A stretch of 53,431 bases of DNA, filler included, from Squatina squatina (taxonomy: Eukaryota), in the NCBI GenBank assembly GCA_031763465.1. It is 3 parts of 3 records of this genome, joined end to end, with 100 filler letters (N's around TTAATTAATTAA, not from the genome) between each part and the next. Parts side by side here need not be neighbours in the genome. Positions count along the whole stretch, not along the records: positions 1 to 16,613 come from JARFOE010000115.1; 2 more parts are not named here. The stretch is one strand, 5' to 3'. Every line of letters begins with the position of its first letter. The stretch's first letter is position 1. The notes beneath the pieces were generated by a model. The model made no database searches and was not told the DNA's origin. It saw nothing but the letters and a program-made list of their open reading frames with translations. The position numbers and the translations under genes are program-made. Positions 1 through 11,660 of this stretch are shown one piece after another.

Positions 1-440
1 CGGTCAGCCCTCAGCTTGTCGTACTTTGTACAAATGTAAGATGATCAAGCCCTGCGTTCAAGTGCAGGCCATGTTTAAGATGTACCTGTTTATTCCTCAA
101 GGCCATTTTTGTGGAAATAATTTGTATTTTCTGTAAGGGTCGCCTTGATTTGTTTTGATGTGGGAGGAAGAGAGGGAGTGGTGAGAGGAGGAAATCATCT
201 TAAAATGTTTCTCTCTCTCTTTCTCTGCCTCGTCTCGGTTGGTGTGGGCCTTTCACCCCAGCTCCAAGCCTGGCCCTTCGCCCTGGTGCCCTACCGGTTG
301 TTGGGCAACTACTTGCATCACCACCATGGCTGGTTTTCTACTCTTGGAGAAGTAAAATAAAATCTACATTGAATATAAAACTTGACGTTTTAAGATTTAG
401 ACAACGGGAGTGATACCTTTGTTTCCCTCAAATGGCTGTT

Positions 441-770
441 GCATTCCCCATTTACACTCTACTTAGACACCTTCTGTTCTTAACTTGCCCATCTCCTTTT
501 GTCTTGCACCATCTCTTAATGTCTCTTAATCCCTTCCGTCTTCCACCCTATCACAGACCTTCCCCTTTGTTCTTTCTCCCTCCCCACCTTTCCCTGCCCC
601 TGCACTTGCTTGAAAACCTACTACAATTCTAACTTTTTCCAGTTCTGACGAAGGGTCATAGACCTGAAACGTTAACTCTGTTTCTCCCTCTTGAATGCTG
701 CCTGACCTGCTGAGTATTTCCAACATTCTCTTTTTATTTCAGATTCCAGAATCCGTAGTATTTTGCCTTT
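441..770 (+). mobile_element. Penelope-like element (PLE) 3' end / pseudo-LTR fragment
   Basis: The block ...cctatcacagaccttccc...ccagttctgacgaagggtc...gaaacgttaactctg...gatgctgcctgacctgctgagtatttc recurs at ~9053, 24733, 31058 and 51699. Its upstream part at 46794 adjoins a GIY-YIG endonuclease remnant. Confidence 0.8.
641..677 (+). ncRNA. Minimal type-I hammerhead ribozyme motif in PLE end
   Basis: AGUU-CUGACGA-AGGGUC(AUA)GACCU-GAAA-CG-UU-AACU has the hammerhead core CUGANGA...GAAA, helix I AGUU/AACU, helix II, and a palindromic loopless helix III (ACGU). Confidence 0.7.
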
Positions 771-2074
771 GTGATAATAAATTACGTTCCTTTCCTGTGT
801 CCTGATATGTTTTTGAATCGCTGGTTTTGCTTGCTTCCTTTATGAATGTTGCAGTTTTTCTGCTCCTCTCTCTTGTGAAAGTGGTGATTGACGTTGGGGG
901 CACGGCTCAGTTTGTGCTCTTGAGACAGAACCCCAATTTTAACCTAACTCTCCCGGTGGGAGTGGGGTGGGTTTGGGTCCGACGCACGGTTTTAGACTCT
1001 GCCTGATTTCTCACTCGGGTTGGGTTACAATCAGGGCCAATGAGTCTCAGCCGGCTGTTTGATCATGGAGGGGGGGGGGGCAGGTGCCATTGCAGCCCAG
1101 TCCGGTCCCGCTTTCCCCTCAGAACTCGTGCTCACGCACAGCCGGAGTCTGGAGGGCGAGCAGGAGCAGAAAAGGCTGGCTGGTTTCTCTCCCCAGCCCA
1201 GCGGCACTGAGATGCCCCGACTGATACTTTGGCACAGAAGAGAGGTTGAATGTGGGAGTAACCTTGTGTTCCTCAGGACCCCCTCAAGAACCCAGATTAT
1301 CACTTCACCGTAATCCAGGAAAGTAGGACCAGAGGACATAATTTCATAAATGTTTGGAGAAATCCACAGCTGTTGACAAAGATATTACACTTCACAGTAT
1401 TATAGTGGGAGAGTTTGGGTACCAGATCGATGGGCTGTATGGCCTTTTCTCATCCACAAGTGTGCTCATGTTCTTGACGTTCTGGTGATTTCAGTTAGAA
1501 GCTGCGATGGTTTGTGTTGGCCTGGCTTAGTTTGGTTCAATTCTAAGTTGATGCATTTAAGGAGAAGCTAGACGGAGGNNNNNNNNNNNNNNNNNNNNNN
1601 NNNNNNNNNNNNNNNNNNNNNNNNNNNNNNNNNNNNNNNNNNNNNNNNNNNNNNNNNNNNNNNNNNNNNNNNNNNNNNCCCTCTGTCAGCACAGGGCATC
1701 AATACTCCACCCATATGTTTATAGTGCTAATTATGACATAGGCCAGGAATGTATTCATGAAGGAGAAGTGTTATAAGTTAAGTACTTGCTGTACTGTTCC
1801 AAACTATGTTGGCACCAAAGCTGCATTGCCCAGATTTGAGAGTCACCAAAAGAAAATCACCAAAGTTACAAAAGTAGCAAGAAACGCAGAGGATTGCAGA
1901 TGATATATTAGTTACTTGAAGCATGATTACATTTAAAATAACACAAGAGTCAATTTTCAGAAAAGGACAAACAGAGTCAAAGTAATTGTTTCCATATCAG
2001 TATTGGTCCCTGGTCTAATGTCAAATTTAGATGTAGGCTCTAACTCCTGACCTTGGTAAGAAAAAAGTACATTG

Positions 2075-2240
2075 AATCATAAAATCACAGAATAGTAGCA
2101 CAAAAGGAGGTCATTTCGCCCATCAAGTCTGTGCCAGCTCTATCGAAGAGCCATCCAGTTAGTCCCACTCCCCCGTTCTTACCCTATATCCCTGCAATTT
2201 TTTCTCCTTCAAGTATTTATCTGATTCCCTTTTGAAGGTT
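2075..2240 (-). mobile_element. CR1 LINE 3' end fragment
   Basis: Reverse complement of a CR1-type 3' tail (...agcacaaaaggaggtcatttcgcccatc...). Related copies are at ~3570-3790 and ~29355-29430. Confidence 0.6.
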
Positions 2241-2241
2241 A

Positions 2242-2590
2242 TGGCCCAGAAATTGCTTACCTTAGCACGGGCCATTAACACGGGTTTTCTGGAAAAAATG
2301 GCGCTGCTTCACTTCCAGCATGGGCCAGGGTGGCCGCCATTTTGGTAAGGGCCATAGCGGTGACGCTGACAGTGCTGGCTTCTGAAATGTAAATTAGCAG
2401 ATCATGACATCAATCAGCGTGCAATGCTTGACTTGGCGCCACGACTCCTAACTTGGACATCTTCACTCATCATTACGATAGGTTCTAAGCACGCACAGAA
2501 AAGCGTGCGTGAATCAGGCCTGCAGTGATGCTGTCAGAGTTACTTAAAGGGACACAAACATCTTTCAGGTAAGTTTGGAGTTAAGCTTTT
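2242..2590 (+). mobile_element. Left end of a TIR DNA element (Harbinger-like, tentative)
   Basis: Starts ggcccagaaattgc, matching the termini of the TIR elements at 29441, 35979 and 36802. Confidence 0.45.
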
Positions 2591-2853
2591 GGACTGTTTA
2601 TAAAATATTTTATTGAAGTAGTGGCTTGGTGCAATAGATGTTAAACATTTTTGAAGTATGCAGACACTGCAGGTAATGCTGTTGGATGCTTACATGGCTT
2701 CGGATGGTAAAGAATGGCCCCTGAGAAGACAGAAAATGCTGGAAATACTCAGCNNNNNNNNNNNNNNNNNNNNNNNNNNNNNNNNNNNNNNNNNNNNNNN
2801 NNNNNNNNNNNNNNNNNNNNNNNNNNNNNNNNNNNNNNNNNNNNNNNNNNNNN

Positions 2854-3140
2854 CATCCACAATGGTTGCAAGTACCTCGCAGCTGTCGGACAAGTTCAAT
2901 CGCTGAGGCCCCTCCAATGCCTCCTCTGCATCCCCGTACCTGTCTCACTCGCAGTCCTGTCCCTGACCCTGGACCAAATCTGCAGTATTGAACCGGAAGG
3001 GTGTGACTGCCTCCTGGAACAAAATGTCCAGGAAGTTTTCACCCTCCCTTATGTAATGCAATGTCTGCAGCTTATAAACTCTAAGCCGAAGTTCCTCAAG
3101 CTGCAGCCACTTACTGTAGATGTGGTTCAGGTTAGTCAAC
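2854..3140 (-). mobile_element. CR1 LINE ORF1 (zinc finger / leucine zipper region) fragment
   Basis: The translation SKWLQLEELRLRVYKLQTLHYIREGENFLDILFQEAVTP resembles the N-terminal coiled coil of CR1 ORF1. Confidence 0.55.
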
Positions 3141-4132
3141 TCCCATTTTACTCCCTTGGGTCTACTGCCATTTCACAGCCGATAACTGGTTCAACTCTTG
3201 AAACCTTCTTTCACCCTGCCCAATTGCTCATTCTCGAAGTGTGAGCCTTGAAAGTCACTGACCGAAGGGTATTTGCCAGTGGGGAGCATCATAACCAAGC
3301 TGTCCACATCTGGTGTCCAAACACATGCACTTTCCAGCTGCAGTATTTGATTTGCAATCAGTTGTGGGAGCCTCGGCTGATGTTCTGTTCGTTAAGTGGA
3401 GGACACGGAGGCAAACTTTAACTCAGTACAGTCTGCCTTGAACTTAGAGCTATCCTGGCCTGTAGTGCTCAACGCCACAATGGGAAGTATCTTTACCGAC
3501 TAATCTGTCAGAGAAAAGCCCACCACATACTTAAAATTTCTTCAAAGTTTTTTGAAAGACCCCTATAAAGTATCATTGAATCTTACAGCACGAAGGAAGG
3601 CTTTTTGTTCCCATCTTACCTGTGCCGGCTTTTGAAACATCTTTGCAATTTGTCCTACCCTCTGCTCTTTTCTCATGGAACTGCATTTTTCCATTGCAAG
3701 TATTTAACGGATTCACTTATGAAAGCTACTATTGAATCGGCTTACGGCACCCTTTCAGACAGTGCATTTAGGATCTTCATAACTCGGTGCTCAAAGGTCC
3801 ATAGTACAAGATATCCCCAGATTTGCAATGAGTAAGAGAGCAGATACGGCAAATTGGGATCGAGTGATGAATGTCATCCAACCTGGGTAATCAAAGTCTT
3901 CAAGATTATAGGCGCACAACATGGGATTGGAATGAAAAAGCTCTTGGCCCATCTTCCTAAGATGCCAACCCCATCATCCCCTCAGTACTGGAACTAACTG
4001 TTTCTTATATTAGTCCAGCATCTTTTGTTCATGGAGCAAATGAAGTTTAAATGAAGTGCGGGGTTTTGCTGTCTTGAGGTCGTGCTAAATATTGTTAACA
4101 CTCCTCTGAACAGCGTGCTTTTTCATCCACAG

Positions 4133-5003
4133 ATTCAGTGAGGTGCACGAAATGCTCTTCAGATGACTGGTCAGATGCTGAAGTGACCGTGTGCGTCTCA
4201 AGGGAAGTCGAGTACCTCTCCTTTGAAGATGGAACAGGCATTACATTGGTGATAATTGCATTGTTCGGAGCCTTTCTGACCGTGGCAGTTATGGCCATCT
4301 TCGTTCATCACAGGAATACTCCCATCGTGAAATCCAACAATTCCGAGCTGAGCGTTCTTCTCCTGAGCTCCTTAGTCCTTTGCTTCCTGTGTTCCATGAC
4401 TTTCATTGGCCGGCCAACCGCCTGGTCCCGTATAGTGGAGTCATCTTCATGCTCTGTATCTCTTGTGGTGGTGCTGCTGGCATTCAGGGCGACGCTTCCC
4501 AACAGCAACATGATGAACTGGTTTGGAGCCACCCCACAGCGGGCTTTGATCTTTCTCTGCACCTGTGTCCAGACTGGGATCTGTGCTACGTGGTTAGCCA
4601 GATTGCCCCGATTCCCACTTAAAAATACCACCGGCCAAAGTGCTAAAATCAATCTGGAAAGTTACGTTGGCTCAGTGGTGACTTTCTACACCGTATTAAG
4701 TTCTATTAGTTTCTGATCTTGTTTCTGTTTTGTTTTGGCCTTTCTGGCAGGGAAATTGCCCGGGAAACTCAACGAGGCTAAATTCATAACCTTCAGCATG
4801 TTCATCTTTATTGCAGTGTGGATTGCCTTTATACCTGCCTATGTCAGCTTACCCAGCAAATGCACGGTAGCAGTGGAGATCTTTCCTATTTTTCATCAAG
4901 CTTTGGGCTCCTTCTGTGTATTTTTGCCCCCAAATGCTACATAATACTGCTCAAGCCCGAGAAAAATACAAAAAAGTATTCCCCCGTAACGATCACAAGA
5001 TAA
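4133..5003 (+). pseudogene. V2R/OlfC-like (CaSR-related class C GPCR) pseudogene, last exon (Cys-rich end + 7TM)
   Basis: AG acceptor at 4131-4132, then [51 protein letters not shown] and [17 protein letters not shown]. Lesions are two compensating deletions near 4430-4470, an in-frame TGA at 4714-4716 and a frameshift near 4890. Confidence 0.9.
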
Positions 5004-6019
5004 AATATCTCAATATTAACCTAATTCATCAGGTGGTTAACTGCCACACAATCAGATCGACCGCCCTGTTTACGTCTCGCTCGATCTTCGTGTGCAGAAC
5101 ATATTGTATGGCCAATCTGATCACGTCAGTCTCTCACTGGACAATTCAGTTAAAATTACACTTTTATGAGACATGTCCCTTTTCTCTTTTCCTTCATCTA
5201 GACTCGCTTCATATGTAAATGACAGTTATATAGATTGTATCACATTTACCACGAGGAACATAAATTCTGACCTCTGGAATGTGGGTTTGGATCTAAACTG
5301 AAGATTCTGCTCTCCATGCTGGCTGCAAGGAAAGGAATTTTTGTTCCGAATGGTTTTGTTCCAACAGCCAAAGACTGTGCAATTAGCCAATGATTAGCAG
5401 GAAGTTGGCAATTTAACTTCAAATCAGTCGAAGCATTGTCAGTATAAAAGGTGCAAAACTATCACCCAGGATCAGTTCGGGGCAGTCTGCTTAGGTTGTG
5501 GTTGAGGCACCTGGGTGGAGAGCTGCTGTGGTCACCATGAGAAGATGTTGCAAGACACAGAACCATCTGTGGAGCCTCGCACGCACTGTGCAGCTTATCA
5601 AAAGTCATGGGTGTATTGTCTGCAATTGGCCAAATGTTGAAAGATGCATGCAATGATTTTCTGTTAAGACATCCCTTGAGTTAGATCTTGACTTTGTGCA
5701 ATCATGCAAAATGAGGCGGTGGTGAGTTGGCAGCCTGCAATACTTCTCTCCCCCATTTCTGAAGTCATTGGATTCAAAAATTTACTCCATTTCCAGATTT
5801 CGCACAAAGTCAAGATCTACACCCTTGTATATAAGGCCCGAACAACAGCACGGTGGCTTGGAAAACATTACCCTTTGTGTGGAGACTGTAAATGGATTCA
5901 TGAGGAGTTCCTCTGATCAACCTTTATCGGGAAATCATTTGTTTAGGATTTTCCTGGACAAAAGTTCCAGAGAAAATGTGTGTGACATGTTTGATGACAC
6001 ATCCATAAATCACTGATTA

Positions 6020-6289
6020 AGCCTCAGCTGAAGTATTGTATCCAATTCTGGCCACGGTACTTTAGGGAGGCTGTTAAGACCTTGAAGAGGGTGAAGAGGA
6101 GATTTGCAAGAATGGAACTCGGGATGAGGGACTTCAGTTGTGTGGCAAGACAAGAGACACTGGGACTGTTCTCCTTAGAGCAGAGAAAGTTAAGGGGTGA
6201 TTTGACAGAGTTGTTCAAAATGATGAAGGGTTTCGATAGATAGGTGAGGAGAAACTTTCCACTGGCAGAAGGATCAATAACCAGAGGAC
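6020..6289 (+). mobile_element. CR1 LINE ORF2 C-terminal fragment
   Basis: Degenerate YCIQFWPR...RVKRRFARM...LGLFSLEQRKLRGDL motif. Confidence 0.8.
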
Positions 6290-6769
6290 NNNNNNNNNNN
6301 NNNNNNNNNNNNNNNNNNNNNNNNNNNNNNNNNNNNNNNNNNNNNNNNNNNNNNNNNNNNNNNNNNNNNNNNNNNNNNNNNNNNNNNNNGCCCTAATTCC
6401 TCCTGCGAAGCGCCTTGGAACGTTTTAGTACGTTAAAGGCGATATATAAATACAATTTTCCCTTTCGTAATTTATATGTATGTAATAATTCTGGACTACT
6501 TGCGATGTCACGTCCAGTTTACATTGGGCTGATTTAGGAGACAGCAGGACGAAGGGACGGGGTATTTAAGGGATCAGAATGATAGTCATTTCAAGTTGTC
6601 TTCATTGGGCAGCAGGAAAGCAAAATGAATTTAGTTTAACACATCCTGTGTAAACCTGCCTCTAAATTTGTGAAGTCCCTACGGGTGCGTCGGACACAAC
6701 ATTCGGTCAAAGTTCGAGAACTTCAATGGCTGTTAGCACGTCAAACAAAAGCAGTGGTATACCTGAATC

Positions 6770-6925
6770 CCAAGTGAGGAACTCCCTCCCTTTGCAGCGC
6801 TGCAGGAGCACCTTCACATCACGCAAGGCAGCTGACCGCCATGTTCTCATGGACTATTAGCAATGGGCAATAAATGCTGGCCTTTAGAGCGACGGCACCA
6901 TCCCAGCAATGATTTAAAGAAAAGA
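6770..6925 (+). mobile_element. LINE 3' tail shared with the SINE at 10080
   Basis: Contains gggcaataaatgctggcc...gcgac..catccc. Related copies are at 24430-24632 (-) and 38530-38860 (+). Confidence 0.55.
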
Positions 6926-6959
6926 CGACGCTGGTGTGCCAAACATTCACTATGGTTAT

Positions 6960-7860
6960 TCGTGAATTGGAGAGCCATATAATCAAGTTTGCCGATGACA
7001 CAAATATTGTTGACATGTTTAGTACCGTCAAAGGATAGCAGACTAATCGAAATAGCTTGAGTTAGTAGGCGAAATTGTGGCAAATAGATTTTAGGGCAGG
7101 TAAGGTTTTGGACCAAGAAAGTATATTGAGGAGGTTTTTTTTTAATGATGAAAGCTCGGAGCAGTGGAGGTCCAGTGACTTTTATGGATTCGTGTACACA
7201 GACCACGAAAGTGCGTTTGTCAAGCAAAAATGGTAATGGAATGTTAGGCTTCATGCCTGGAAGGCTATAATATAAAGGGAAAGAAATTTTTGCGACATCT
7301 ATGCAAAGCCCTGGTTAGACCGATCTGCAGTACAGTTCTGGGCGGCACACATTATGAAGGATATGTTGGCCTTGAAAGGTAGAGCAGCTCAGATTCACCA
7401 TTTATTTAGTATGGCTCCAAGAGGTATATTGTGAGGAGAGATTACATAAAATAGGATTGCATTTCCTTTTTTTGGAGTGACTTATTGTGTGTTTTTTAGG
7501 ATTTTCAAAGGAATTAATGGGTTAGACAGATATTAACGTTTTCCGCTGGTGGGGAAATCAAGGGCAAGGGACTGCAACATTCAATTCCGAGCAAGGCCAT
7601 TTAGGAGAGAAATGTGGAAACACGTCTTCGCATAAAGGGTGATAGAAGTGCGGATCTTTCTCCCATGTAAAAAACAATAGATTTCAGTTCAATGAACTCT
7701 TTTAAATCTGAGGCCAATAGATTTTTGCTAGCCAAGGTAATCAGGGGATATAGAGCCAAGGCCGGTGGATCGAGTTAGTACAAATGTCAGCCATGTTCTG
7801 ATTGAATGGCAGAACCGGCCCGAGGGGCTGAATGGTCTATTCCTGTTTTTATGTTCCTAT
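6960..7860 (+). mobile_element. CR1 LINE, degenerate RT C-terminus to 3' UTR
   Basis: KFADDT motif (aagtttgccgatgacaca) and a CR1 3' end (gaggggctgaatggtctattcctg). Confidence 0.8.
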
Positions 7861-8446
7861 TAAACTCAATTCTTCTGCTTCTTCTATGACCAACACTCCA
7901 CTTAACCTTTGTTTTTTATAAGTTTGTTTTCCATAAAGTGGGCGATTTGGAGAAGACCAGATTTTTCTGACTCTTCCGAGATGCCCTGAGAAGGTGGCTT
8001 TCGGCCTTCTCCTTGAACCGCTGTTGTCCATGACATTGAGCGAATTAACAGATTAGTTGCATCCAGTTTAATCTTGATTTACAGGTTATTACAAAAATTC
8101 CATGTCTATTTGGGTAGGTTATTAAAACTTTTGGAAGAGTAGCTACATGGCTTGTAGCGTCAATGTTCACGTGGCTATATAACTCCCTTCTTTCCTCTGG
8201 CCTATCTGTAGAGGACTTGTCCTCCTGACCACAACAGTACTGACCAAGACGTTCATGAAACGGCAACCTTGGTTTGCGTCTCTCTTGCAGATACTGACTA
8301 TGTTGTTGCGTATTTGCAACGTTTTTCTTTTGACTAACAGAGGCAAAGTGAAGCCACATAGTATAATGAACTGGTATGATTTCTGTTCAAAATATTTCCT
8401 TGTGAAACATTGAATGAACTTTGTTTGCCATATTGCATTCTTACAG

Positions 8447-8758
8447 CTGAAAATTGGCAGCTGCGACTGGCCAATGGAGAGAGTCGTTGTGACGGCAGAG
8501 TGGAGGTTTATTACAGCGGTGTTTGGGGGAGAGTGACGGACAGTCTATGGAATGTCAATGATGCAGGTGTAGTGTGCAGACAGCTGAAATGTGGCACCGC
8601 AATAAGTGTTTATAACCACACGGAGTATGAACTGGGCACCGGCCCGGTGTGGATGAGCAATGTCAGATGCAATGGAAGTGAACCCTACCTGTGGAACTGT
8701 AGTTTTACACAAAGGAATCTTATTTCTGTTGCTGATGACGTGGGCGTGGTTTGTTCTG
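8447..8758 (+). CDS. SRCR group B domain exon (6-Cys variant) of a CD163/WC1/DMBT1-like gene
   Basis: ttacag|...|gt boundaries, 312 nt, phase 1-1. Translates as QLRLANGESRCDGRVEVYYSGVWG...VVCRQLKCG...DVGVVCS. Confidence 0.92.
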
Positions 8759-9052
8759 GTAAGAATTTCTTCATCAGCTATTTAAAATTTATGTCCAGAA
8801 TATCGTGTTTTAATGATATAACACTGAATATACTATGGCCTTGCTCACAGCAAGTAGCACAAGGGGTCATAAATGTGAGCTAGTCAATAATAAATGCAAT
8901 CGTGAATTCAGGAGATACGTATTTACCCAGAGAGTGGTTAAAATGTGGAACTCGCTACCACATGGAGAGGTTAAGGCGAATATCATAATTTCAAGGAGAA
9001 TGTATAAAAGTACATTAAGGTGAGCTGCCCTCATCACTGAGGTAAAATTTTC

Positions 9053-9450
9053 AGGTCATAACATCTGCCCCCATTTTGTCGGACGGCAGCTGTTACTGAT
9101 GATTCTGATGTTCCCATTTACACCTCCTCTAGACCCATATTTCTTTTGTTTAGTGGTCCTATTAACATCTCCTTTAACTTTTGCACCATCACCCCTTTTG
9201 TCACTTAATATTTCCTGACTTCCACCCGAATACAGACCTTCCTTTTTGTTTGTTTCTGCCGTTCCCATTTCCCTGCCTCTGTGCTTGTTTAAAACTTGCT
9301 TCAAATTTAACTTATTTCCAGTTCTGATGATAGATCACCGACCTGGAACTTTAACTCTCATTCTCTCTCCACAGATGCTGACTGACCTGTTGAGTATTTC
9401 CAGAATTTTCTGCTTTAATTTCAGATCTCCAGCAGTATTTCTCTTTTGTT
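9053..9450 (+). mobile_element. PLE 3' end fragment with degenerate hammerhead (9320-9356)
   Basis: Homologous to 441-770, but the core reads CUGAUGA...GGAACUUU. Confidence 0.75.
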
Positions 9451-10079
9451 ATATTGATGGAGTGGGTGCAAGATGACGAGTGGTGGCAGGAGGATAGTGT
9501 GGAGCAGAAGAGGTCAACTGGCCTGTTCCTGTGCTGTGAATAATTGTAATACATTGAAAAACTTGGAAAGTATGAAAGGGAAGCAGTAAATGGAAATTGA
9601 ATGCGACATCTAAATGAAAAGAATCCAGTGAAAGTCCCTCGATGTTGTACACGCGGACTGAAGCTCAAGTGCAGTTTCCGCCTTGAGCAATGTTTGATGA
9701 CAGGGCTCAGGGGAACTCGAGCACAGAGGCGTTATTCGGTCCCCATTTTACAGGAATGCATTCTCAAATTAATTCTTTCATAGAACTTTCATTATTTATT
9801 TTCATTTATATTAAGTGGCACATCCTTGGACAATTTAGCAAGCAAAAAATTAGAGTGGATTGGAACAAATGAGTTTCTCTGCGGTATAAACAATGAAATG
9901 AAACCGAGGCTCTACAGGGTCATCTCTGGTGTGGTGATTGGCTGAAATTACAGTTTAGCAAGGTTTAGATCGAGGGCTCTGGGTAAATAGAAATATCCAC
10001 TTTAAGTATGCAAAGACACAATTATTTTATTATAACACGAGTTGATCTTCTGCAGCACTGCACTCAGAGTCATGTCATA

Positions 10080-10475
10080 GGTGCAGTGGGGTAGTCTTTC
10101 ATTGTTGCTGGGTCAGTAATACAGAGGGCTGAGTTGACAATCCAGACTGGGTTCGTTCAAATCCCACTGTGGCATATTGAGATTTGAAAACAGTTTAAAA
10201 TAAAAATCTGGAAATACAGGCTCGCATCAGTAAAAGTGAGCATGACGCTTTCGGGTTGTGATGAAATGCCAGCTGGTTTACTGATGTCAATTAGGGAAGG
10301 AAATCTGCCGTCCTTACCCCATCTGGACTACATGTGGCTCTCGTCCCAAACCAACGTGGTTGACGTGACTGCCCTCTGAAGTAACCTATCAAGCCAATTA
10401 ATTGCATCACCAGCATCTGAAGGGTAGCTAGAAATGAACAAGAAAAGTGACGCCCGTGTCCAGTGAAAGGGTTTC
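10080..10475 (+). mobile_element. tRNA-derived shark-type SINE
   Basis: B-box-like gttcaaatccc, body agggaaggaaatctgccgtccttacc, and a 3' tail similar to the LINE tail at 6770. Confidence 0.7.
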
Positions 10476-10837
10476 AAACAGTGCAGACTTCAGAAGAAGC
10501 AGCTTCAGATGAATTTCAGTTCCAATTTTAAAATCTTAGGATGAGTCCTATTTTTATGTTTCTATTTGATAACCTCTGACCACTGACAGCAATGTCGCAC
10601 CTGCACTGGGAGAGGCTGCAATTAAAAAGTTTACGTAGTTTGTTTTCATTATCAATGTATGCCTTGGATTTATAATGGAAAGGTGGCCCAATAGTTTGAA
10701 AGAAACGTGACAACAGACTATTCATTGGGACAAAAGCAATTAGAAACAATATATCAGCTGGAATGAATCGATTGGGATTGTGCAGAAGTGGCTTTCTGAA
10801 CCGTATAACATTTAATATAATTATTCCTGTGCTGCAG

Positions 10838-11152
10838 AACATATTGCGATAAGGTTGGCGGACGGTGGAAGTGGCTGTGCTGGAAGGGTAGAGGTTTACT
10901 ACAACGGAACCTGGGGAACTGTATGTGATGATTCCTGGGATTTAACAGATGCCCATGTTGTCTGTAACCAGCTGAAGTGTGGACAGGCTTTAAACGCAAC
11001 GATTTCCGGTTGGTTTGGCCCAGGTTCGGGGCCGATGTGGTTGGACGACTTGAAATGTTCAGCGAATGATTCGGTTTTGTGGGAATGTCTGGCCGGGCCG
11101 TGGGGTGAGAGCAACTGCATTCATAAAGAAGATGCTGGAGTTATCTGCTCGG
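10838..11152 (+). CDS. SRCR group B domain exon (8 Cys)
   Basis: tgcag|...|gtgag boundaries, 315 nt, phase 1-1. Translates as [31 protein letters not shown]...[10 protein letters not shown]. Confidence 0.95.
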
Positions 11153-11345
11153 GTGAGATGTACTTTCAAACATGTGCAATTTTCGACTTCAGTTAAAGAA
11201 CCATTTTTAACAAACTTGGGATCAGGACAATTGATTTCTAGCCAGGGTAATGATCGAATTTGAAACTTTACGGTCTGACCTCTTATTTCTACAGTTATCG
11301 AAATGCTGCTTTAACGAAGACTAATCTCCACTCTTTGTTCTGCAG

Positions 11346-11660
11346 AACACAGGGCGATAAGGCTGGAGAATGGAGGGAGTCCCTGCCAGGGCAGAGTTGA
11401 AGTTTTCTATAATAATACCTGGGGCACTGTTTGTTCTGATAACTTTGACCTGGAGGATGCAGAAGTGGTTTGTAGCCAGCTCAGCTGTGGCTCGGCACGA
11501 TCTGTGGAACAAAATGTGGTATTTGGAAAGGGTTCTGGACCGATCTGGCTCGATGATGTGAAATGTCGTTTGCACGATTCGCTCTTATGGCAATGTCCAT
11601 CTTCACCATGGGGCCAACATAACTGTGACCACAACGAAGATGTTGGGGTCATATGTTCAG
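11346..11660 (+). CDS. SRCR group B domain exon (8 Cys)
   Basis: tgcag|...|gtaac boundaries, 315 nt. Translates as IRLENGGSPCQGRVEVFYNNTWGTVCSD...HNCDHNEDVGVICS. Confidence 0.95.

Noticed and set aside
145-360. ORF with a signal-peptide-like stretch and His run as a leader exon for the SRCR gene
   Set aside because: There is no convincing splice or homology support, and several gaps and a pseudogene intervene.
1277-1309. Possible 33-nt phase 1-1 micro-exon (GPPQEPRLSLH)
   Set aside because: AG/GT boundaries alone are weak evidence and I recognise no homology.
10080-10175. tRNA gene
   Set aside because: The B-box-like sequence is the degenerate head of a SINE and does not form a cloverleaf.
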